Assembly: GCA_946628415.1 (NCBI GenBank) | Contig: CAMOWK010000011.1 | Coordinates: 9,927 to 73,926, forward strand | Length of the DNA: 64,000 nucleotides | Origin: an uncultured Lachnospiraceae bacterium | GTDB lineage: Bacteria > Bacillota > Clostridia > Lachnospirales > Lachnospiraceae | Direction: 5' to 3' | Shown here: positions 58,010 to 64,000 of the stretch, one piece after another | How positions within the stretch are numbered: the stretch's first letter is position 1 | How the letters are laid out: each line of letters starts with the position of its first letter | The notes under the pieces: generated by a model | Databases searched by the model: none | What the model was told of the DNA's origin: nothing | What the model saw: only the letters and a program-made list of their open reading frames with translations | Position numbers and translations under genes: made by a program

Positions 58010-61000
58010 CTACCTCTCAACAACCTTTACGTTTCCCCCACCGTAGGCAAGAGCAAGGGCATCCAAAACTCCGGAATCCGGGTCTGTTTTAATGTTCATC
58101 TTCTTGGCTTTATGTTCCTCCCTAAGCTGAACATATACAGGCGACATTCCTTCGTATTCCTTAATGATATCTATCATATCACTTTCATTTTCTTTAAACT
58201 CGGTGTAATCATTAAAGCAGATCCACAACTCTCTTTTTTGAGCTATTGCTGCTTTTCTTATTTCTTCAAGCGGCTTTATATCTTCGGCAATGAGCTTTGC
58301 CTCTTCTTCGGTAATCGACGCCCGTCCCGAAATAAGAAGCTCCGCGCCCTCAGAAAGCATATCCCTCATTGCATCATATGTTTTTGGAAATACAATGATC
58401 TCCATAGTACCCACAAGATCCGATACAGTGAGAAATGCCATGTTCTCATTCTTCTTTGTAAGCTTTATCGTCACCTTTTCCACTATGCAGCCGATAGTAT
58501 AATTCATCCTGTCAACCGCGCCGGTCTTTCCTGTTTCATCATCAAACATAAAATCCGCCGAAGTAGAACCGGCATATTTTGAAATGACATCCTCGTATTT
58601 ATCAAGCGGGTGCCCGCTTACATAAAGTCCAAGCATATCCTTCTCGCCGCGAAGAAGCTCATCCTTTGTAAATTCGCTGCAGTCAGGATACTTAACCTTT
58701 GTCTTAAACTCTTCGCCAAATGAATCGTTAAAAAAGTCTGCAAAGTCCATCTGCCCGGATACGCTCTTCTTTCTCTCTCTCGTGACATTTTCGAGAATAT
58801 CCTGATACACCATCATCATCTGTCTTCTTTTTTGTCCGAAGCTGTCAAATGCCCCTGCCATTATAAAGCTTTCTATATATCTTTTGTTAACAGCAGCGTT
58901 AAACAGTCTTTCTATAAAATCCTCCAGACTTTTATAAGTACCGTTTTTCTCTCTTTCGGAAATGATGGTTTCAACTACATTATCTCCGACAGACTTAATT
59001 GCAGAAAGTCCGTATCTTATACTATCACCGGCAACCGAAAAATTACCGTAACCCATATTAACATCAGGAGGAAGAAGCTTTATCCCCATCTTCCTTACGG
59101 CGTCTATATAGCTAAGAAGCTTCGCGGAATTATCCTTTACAGACGTAAGAAGCGCCGCCATGAAATCAAGAGGATAATAGCATTTAAGGTATGCAGTCTG
59201 ATAGGCAACTACGGCATATGCGGCTGCATGAGATTTGTTAAATGCATATTTCGCGAAATCCGTCATTTCATCAAATATCTTATTGGCTGTATCTTCGGGA
59301 ATTCCGTTCTTAACACAGCCCGGCACAGAAAGTTCAGGATTTCCGTAAACAAAATACTGCCTCTCCTTAGCCATGACGTCTGCCTTCTTTTTACTCATGG
59401 CACGGCGTACAAGGTCACTTCTTCCAAGTGAATACCCCGCAAGCTCCATAACTATCTGCATGACCTGTTCCTGATATACTATACATCCGTATGTAGGGGA
59501 AAGTATCTTCTCCAGCGCCGGATGATCATAGCTTACACTCTCGGGATTCTCTTTCCCGGAAATGTATTTCGGAATAAAATCCATAGGTCCCGGTCGATAC
59601 AATGAAATGCCTGCAATTATATCCTCAAGGCTTCCGGGCTTAAGCTCCTTCATGAAATTTCGCATTCCGCTGGATTCAAGCTGAAATACTCCTTCACATT
59701 TCCCCTGAGATATAAGTTCAAACACCTTTTTATCATTATAATTATGATGTTCAAAATCAACAGTCGTCCCAAGCCTTCTCTTTACACCGTCTATAGTATC
59801 CTGAATGACAGTAAGATTACGAAGTCCGAGGAAATCCATCTTGAGAAGCCCAAGCTGTTCTATACGTGTCATATTATACTGCGTCGTAACGGCATCCCCG
59901 TTCTTACACAGTGGCACAAAATCTTCTATAGGTTCCCTGCCTATAACAACTCCTGCCGCATGCATTGAGGCATGGCGCGGAAGTCCCTCGAGCTTGCGTC
60001 CCATGTCAACCATGTAACGAACGTCCTCTTCGTTTTCATAGTATTCCCTGAAACTCGGGCTCGCTATAAGCGCCTTATCTATCGTCATGCCGATCTCCAT
60101 AGGTATGGATTTAGCAACTTTATCACAGGTACTGTATGGAATATCAAGGGCACGCCCAACGTCTCTTATACAGTTTCTCGGCGCAAGCGTTCCAAATGTA
60201 ACGATCTGAACTACCTTCTCCTCACCGTATTTTTCTTTAACATACTCTATAACCTCATGACGCCTGTCAGGATCAAAATCAATATCTATATCCGGCATGC
60301 TGACTCTTTCAGGATTAAGAAATCGTTCAAACAGAAGGTTATATCTTATAGGATCTATATCGGTTATCTTAAGAGAATAGGAAACTATACTTCCGGCAGC
60401 CGAACCTCTTCCGGGTCCTACCGGAATATTATTCTTTTTGGCAAAATGTATAAAGTCCCATACGATCAGGAAATAATCCACAAATCCCATATCGCGGATT
60501 ACGGAAAGCTCGTAATTCATTCTCTCCAGGAGTTCGTCGGTAAGAGGCTGATACCTTTCCTTTATACCCTTCTCACAAAGCATTTTCAGATATGAAAATG
60601 CATCGTACCCCTCCGGAACATCGTACTTCGGAATCTTATACTCACCAAAGGTTATATTAACATTACATCTTTCAGCAATCTTATGTGTATTCTGAAGAGC
60701 CTCTTTTGCATACGGGAACAGTTTTTCCATTTCCTCAGCAGACTTAAGATAGTATTTGCCCGGTGCATAATGCATTCTGTTTTCTTCATTTACACTCTTT
60801 GCCGTCTGGATACATATGAGGATATCATGAGCTTCCCAGTCTTCCTCGTAAATGTAATGCGAGTCATTTGTACAGACAAGAGGAATCCCTGTCTCCTTGG
60901 ATATACGCATTATATCTGTATTAACAGTTGTATCCTCAGGCAGCCCATGATCCTGCATTTCAAGGAAGTAATTTCCTTTACCGAAAATCCTTTCATGGTC

Positions 61001-61480
61001 AAGAGCAGCCTTCTTCGCCTCTTCATAAAAGCCCTGTCTGATCTTAACGGCAACTTCTCCCTGAAGACATGCAGAAAGACAGATTATTCCTTCATGAAAC
61101 TCTTCAAGGACTTCTCTGTCTACTCTCGGTTTATAATAATATCCTTCAGTAAAACCTCGGGTCACGATTTTTGAAAGATTACTGTATCCCACATTATTCT
61201 CAGCCAGAAGAATAAGATGATAGTATCTTTCATCATTTGCACCGGGCTCGCGGTCAAATCTCGATCCCGGTGCGACATAAACTTCACATCCTATTATCGG
61301 CTTGATCCCCGCCTTGTTACACTCTTCATAGAAATCGATAACACCGTACATTACGCCATGATCGGTAATTGCGAGGCTGTCAAACCCCAGCTCCTTTGCA
61401 CGTGAAACAAGCTCCGGTATTTTTGCGGAGCCGTCAAGCAAGCTGTATTCAGTATGAACATGTAAGTGGGTAAACTCCAT
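58010..61480 (-). CDS. dnaE: DNA polymerase III alpha subunit
   Basis: HLHVHTEYSLLDG, GRGSAAGS, NPERVSMPDIDIDF, KMDFLGL, YAFNKSHA. Confidence 0.98.
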   Translation of the reverse strand: MEFTHLHVHTEYSLLDGSAKIPELVSRAKELGFDSLAITDHGVMYGVIDFYEECNKAGIKPIIGCEVYVAPGSRFDREPGANDERYYHLILLAENNVGYSNLSKIVTRGFTEGYYYKPRVDREVLEEFHEGIICLSACLQGEVAVKIRQGFYEEAKKAALDHERIFGKGNYFLEMQDHGLPEDTTVNTDIMRISKETGIPLVCTNDSHYIYEEDWEAHDILICIQTAKSVNEENRMHYAPGKYYLKSAEEMEKLFPYAKEALQNTHKIAERCNVNITFGEYKIPKYDVPEGYDAFSYLKMLCEKGIKERYQPLTDELLERMNYELSVIRDMGFVDYFLIVWDFIHFAKKNNIPVGPGRGSAAGSIVSYSLKITDIDPIRYNLLFERFLNPERVSMPDIDIDFDPDRRHEVIEYVKEKYGEEKVVQIVTFGTLAPRNCIRDVGRALDIPYSTCDKVAKSIPMEIGMTIDKALIASPSFREYYENEEDVRYMVDMGRKLEGLPRHASMHAAGVVIGREPIEDFVPLCKNGDAVTTQYNMTRIEQLGLLKMDFLGLRNLTVIQDTIDGVKRRLGTTVDFEHHNYNDKKVFELISQGKCEGVFQLESSGMRNFMKELKPGSLEDIIAGISLYRPGPMDFIPKYISGKENPESVSYDHPALEKILSPTYGCIVYQEQVMQIVMELAGYSLGRSDLVRRAMSKKKADVMAKERQYFVYGNPELSVPGCVKNGIPEDTANKIFDEMTDFAKYAFNKSHAAAYAVVAYQTAYLKCYYPLDFMAALLTSVKDNSAKLLSYIDAVRKMGIKLLPPDVNMGYGNFSVAGDSIRYGLSAIKSVGDNVVETIISEREKNGTYKSLEDFIERLFNAAVNKRYIESFIMAGAFDSFGQKRRQMMMVYQDILENVTRERKKSVSGQMDFADFFNDSFGEEFKTKVKYPDCSEFTKDELLRGEKDMLGLYVSGHPLDKYEDVISKYAGSTSADFMFDDETGKTGAVDRMNYTIGCIVEKVTIKLTKKNENMAFLTVSDLVGTMEIIVFPKTYDAMRDMLSEGAELLISGRASITEEEAKLIAEDIKPLEEIRKAAIAQKRELWICFNDYTEFKENESDMIDIIKEYEGMSPVYVQLREEHKAKKMNIKTDPDSGVLDALALAYGGGNVKVVER

Positions 61481-61531
61481 ATCTGCCTCATCATGTAATA
61501 GAAATCTTTATCTGCACCTGTCCGGTCAGAA

Positions 61532-62152
61532 CTAACATCTGCTGTTATCGCACTTGCATCCCTGACAGCACTTCCCACATTTTTTTCGAGAGTTATACTT
61601 TCGCCATGCCTTCATATACCTTCTTGCATATGAAAACGCTGCATCTTCCCCTTCTTCAGCGAGTTTTCTGAGAAGTATCTCCAGTTTCTTTCTTGTGTAA
61701 GGATGCATAAGCCCTCTGCTCTTCCCTCTTTCATAGTAAAGAAGCGGGCTTTCGTCCGTATATTCGTCTTTTTTATAAATCTTGCTGGCTGCAACACGGT
61801 CGCAGAACATCTCAACAATGTAATTATCCGGCATCTTCATTCCGATAAGTGAACCATCCCTTTTCACAAGGTCATAGTCAACCCAGTATTCAAGATGATG
61901 TTTGTTCCTGCCCTTATGATGAAGCCAAGAAGAAGTATAACCTTTATCTTCTCTTTCAGCTTCGTTAGGGCTTCTGTTTCCCTGAAAATACTTTGCCCCA
62001 ACGGAAAACTCAGTCCACGAATACTTTGACAGATCATGAAGTATTCCCTGTTTATAAAGTCCGCATTTAAAGCAGTATTTGCCCACAAGGTATTTATGAT
62101 AATTAATAGTCTTAAGGTGCTTGTACCAGCCCTGTTCCTTTATGTTTTTCAT
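61532..62152 (-). CDS. DUF5662-like HD-type protein with a Cys-rich C-terminal tail
   Basis: QGILHDLSKYS..EF, WLHHKGRNKHH.EYW, EMFCDR.AA; tail CGKCCQGCKCDNSRC. Confidence 0.75.
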   Translation of the reverse strand: MKNIKEQGWYKHLKTINYHKYLVGKYCFKCGLYKQGILHDLSKYSWTEFSVGAKYFQGNRSPNEAEREDKGYTSSWLHHKGRNKHHLEYWVDYDLVKRDGSLIGMKMPDNYIVEMFCDRVAASKIYKKDEYTDESPLLYYERGKSRGLMHPYTRKKLEILLRKLAEEGEDAAFSYARRYMKAWRKYNSRKKCGKCCQGCKCDNSRC

Positions 62153-62162
62153 ACAAAAGCCT

Positions 62163-63119
62163 TTATTTCTTGATAAAAACTGTCTTACTGTTGTTACCGC
62201 TGCTCACGATATGAAGCTCTTTTATACCGGAAATGAATCTTGAAAGCGTGGAATAGCCGAACTCCTTTACATTGAAATCCGGATACTTCGTATGAAGCTT
62301 CCGCCCGATTATTCCAAGCTCTACGCCATTCTTGCCTGACTGTTCAACCATTTCGATAATATAGTTAGTGACCTCATCACGAAGTGAACTGTCCTCACGT
62401 ACTTTAACTATTACGGTGCTGTTTTTCTTCTTTAATTTAAAATTATCAAGATCCTCGATAAAAGTAGAAAGAAGCCTGTAACCATAGTTTCTGACATCAA
62501 AGTCAGAATACTTTTTCTGGAGTCTCGAGCCTATCTCACCAAGTCCTGTATCTCTTCCCTTATTATTATTCTCTGATATGATCTCAATTATGGCATTTTC
62601 AATAACAGACTGACTGAGAACATTCTCCGCCTTTTTCTTTTTCTTCTGACTGCTTCCGGAAGTATCATCTGTCTCGTCGGTTGACTGATCGAGCAAAAGC
62701 TCAAGATCCGTAAAAACCGAACATGCCGCTCTAAATGACTTTGGCGTTTTATTTTCACCCATACCTATAACTTCCATGCCTGATTCACGAAGTCTGCTTG
62801 CAAGCCTGGTAAAATCGCCATCACTTGAAACTATGCAGAATCCATCTACGTTATGGGTATAAAGAATGTCCATGGCATCGATTATAAGAGTAGAATCAGT
62901 GGCATTTTTACCTACAGTATTCCTGAATTGCTGTATAGGAGTAATTGAATTCTCCATCAGTTCCTTTTTCCATTTATTCGCCTGCGTACTGGTCCAGTCA
63001 CCGTATATTCTTTTGTAAGTGACGACTCCGTATTTGGTCATTTCATCTAATATACTTGATATATATTTAGAAGAAATATTATCTGAATCAATAAGTACGG
63101 CAAATCTTCTGTCTTCCAT
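62163..63119 (-). CDS. NYN-domain (LabA-like) protein with two OST-HTH/LOTUS domains
   Basis: VLIDSDN, RIYGDW, KNATDSTLIIDAMD, VSSDGDFT.LA..LRE; FDVRNYGY..LS and FNVKEFGYSTLS. Confidence 0.9.
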   Translation of the reverse strand: MEDRRFAVLIDSDNISSKYISSILDEMTKYGVVTYKRIYGDWTSTQANKWKKELMENSITPIQQFRNTVGKNATDSTLIIDAMDILYTHNVDGFCIVSSDGDFTRLASRLRESGMEVIGMGENKTPKSFRAACSVFTDLELLLDQSTDETDDTSGSSQKKKKKAENVLSQSVIENAIIEIISENNNKGRDTGLGEIGSRLQKKYSDFDVRNYGYRLLSTFIEDLDNFKLKKKNSTVIVKVREDSSLRDEVTNYIIEMVEQSGKNGVELGIIGRKLHTKYPDFNVKEFGYSTLSRFISGIKELHIVSSGNNSKTVFIKK

Positions 63120-63300
63120 ACTTCCTCCACAAATTGAATTTCAGCACACAATACTGATTTTAGTTATATAATCTTTTCTTCTTTCCGATAAAGACTATAA
63201 AGCAATGTATATTATATCATTTTTTTCATATTTATTGCACTTTAAATAGCCTAAAATTCAATAAAAATACAAAAATTACCGTTATATTTGTTTCAATTTC

Positions 63301-63329
63301 TTGTAAAACAAACTTTCATGTTGTATAAT
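63301..63329 (+). promoter_or_regulatory. Sigma-A promoter for tRNA-Thr
   Basis: TTGTAA (63301-06), 17 bp, TATAAT (63324-29). Confidence 0.75.
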
Positions 63330-63388
63330 AGGCAAGATTCGCGAAGTACATATGGCACCATAAATAGGCAGGATTCGCGAAGCGAATC
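63327..63388 (+). repeat. Two 20-nt direct repeats in the tRNA leader; the second ends in a perfect hairpin
   Basis: AATAGGCAAGATTCGCGAAG (63327-46) and AATAGGCAGGATTCGCGAAG (63363-82); GATTCGC-GAA-GCGAATC (63372-88). Confidence 0.7.
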
Positions 63389-63397
63389 ATGTTATCT

Positions 63398-63470
63398 GCT
63401 TCCGTAGCGCAGTTGGTAGCGCAACTGATTCGTAATCAGTAGGTCACGGGTTCAAGTCCCGTCGGGAGCT
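63398..63470 (+). tRNA. tRNA-Thr(CGT); CCA not encoded
   Basis: Acceptor GCTTCCG/CGGGAGC, D arm GCGC, anticodon arm ACTGA-TTCGTAA-TCAGT, T arm ACGGG-TTCAAGT-CCCGT, discriminator U. Confidence 0.97.
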
Positions 63471-63486
63471 ATATAGGGTCTTAAAC

Positions 63487-63527
63487 AAAAGTACAGCCAT
63501 GAACTATAAAGCTCATGGCTGTATTTT
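63487..63527. terminator. Bidirectional terminator between tRNA-Thr and the aldo/keto reductase gene
   Basis: AAAA-G-TACAGCCATGA-loop-TCATGGCTGTA-TTTT. Confidence 0.8.
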
Positions 63528-63538
63528 GCTTATATTAT

Positions 63539-64000
63539 CTAATTCTCAAAACAGTCTGCAACAAGTTTAAGATTCTCAATGATAGGAAGATGCTGAGGAC
63601 ATACTCCTTCACACTGACCACAGGCTATGCAATCACTTGCTTTACCGAATTCCTTGGTAAGATTGTTATAATACTCACCCTGCGGAGTCCAGCCCTTTGT
63701 TTCCACTTCCTGCATTTCAGCATTGTAAAGTGAAAAATATCTTGGGATATTGATATTCATAGGACATCCCGGCGTACAGTAGGAACATGATGTACATGGT
63801 ATGGCGATATTTCCGTTTATGATATTTGTCGCCCGCTTTATAAGCTTTTTCTCTTCATCGTTAAGCGGTTTCATATCCTGCATGTATGACGTATTATCTT
63901 CCATCTGCGCCATATTGCTCATTCCTGAAAGAACCATGAATACATTGTCAAGGCTTGCCGCAAAGCGTATAGCCCATGACGGGATTGATGCATCCGGATT
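63539..64000 (-). CDS. Aldo/keto reductase with C-terminal 4Fe-4S dicluster, 5' end outside the window
   Basis: The frame is open to the window edge (..[24 protein letters not shown]); [14 protein letters not shown] and [13 protein letters not shown]. Confidence 0.9.
   Translation of the reverse strand, partial: NPDASIPSWAIRFAASLDNVFMVLSGMSNMAQMEDNTSYMQDMKPLNDEEKKLIKRATNIINGNIAIPCTSCSYCTPGCPMNINIPRYFSLYNAEMQEVETKGWTPQGEYYNNLTKEFGKASDCIACGQCEGVCPQHLPIIENLKLVADCFEN

Noticed and set aside
214-60595. Many plus-strand ORFs and short nested minus-strand ORFs in the track (e.g. 894-1430, 38356-38994, 44580-45200, 57839-58582, 59972-60595)
   Set aside because: They are antisense or off-frame shadows of well-supported genes, with no recognisable motifs or RBS
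58010-61480. Intein or intron in dnaE
   Set aside because: Length (1156 aa) is typical, with no insertion or splicing motifs seen
63327-63382. Possible CRISPR mini-array
   Set aside because: Only two 20-nt copies with a 16-nt spacer, and no cas genes
63398-63470. tRNA as attachment site of an island or prophage in this window
   Set aside because: No integrase, no duplicated tRNA 3' end and no phage genes in the window

Overview
A 64-kb chromosomal segment of a roughly 40% GC Firmicute. The gene content and style look Lachnospiraceae-like, which is an inference. All protein genes lie on the minus strand; only a tRNA-Thr(CGT) is on plus. In transcription order (right to left): partial aldo/keto reductase; tRNA-Thr; NYN/LOTUS protein; DUF5662-like HD protein; dnaE; TrmH methyltransferase; tcdA; small lipoprotein; a YhaO/YhaN-like nuclease/ATPase pair whose catalytic motifs are degenerate; sufCBDSU. 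A ~34-kb cell-wall polysaccharide locus follows (13690-48116). It holds a 1485-aa Wzy-like polymerase fused to 23 tandem 32-aa YD-like repeats, two priming transferases, two Wzx flippases, a CDP-alditol gene pair, and a phosphonate cassette (pepM and ppd flanking four unassigned enzymes, with no AEP transaminase). It also holds two LicD proteins, glf, rfbA, and two peptidoglycan enzymes (L,D-transpeptidase and NlpC/P60) that share a 7x 'HY..YG.KEGR' repeat. After that come an Asn-specifier T-box controlling aspS-(MBL hydrolase)-gatCAB, then rfbB, a GT2, an LCP ligase, yfbR, a conserved hypothetical gene, and a truncated RND permease with a long coiled-coil insert. No CRISPR array, transposase, integrase or phage genes were seen. 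All family calls come from motif recognition by eye; no database search was run.
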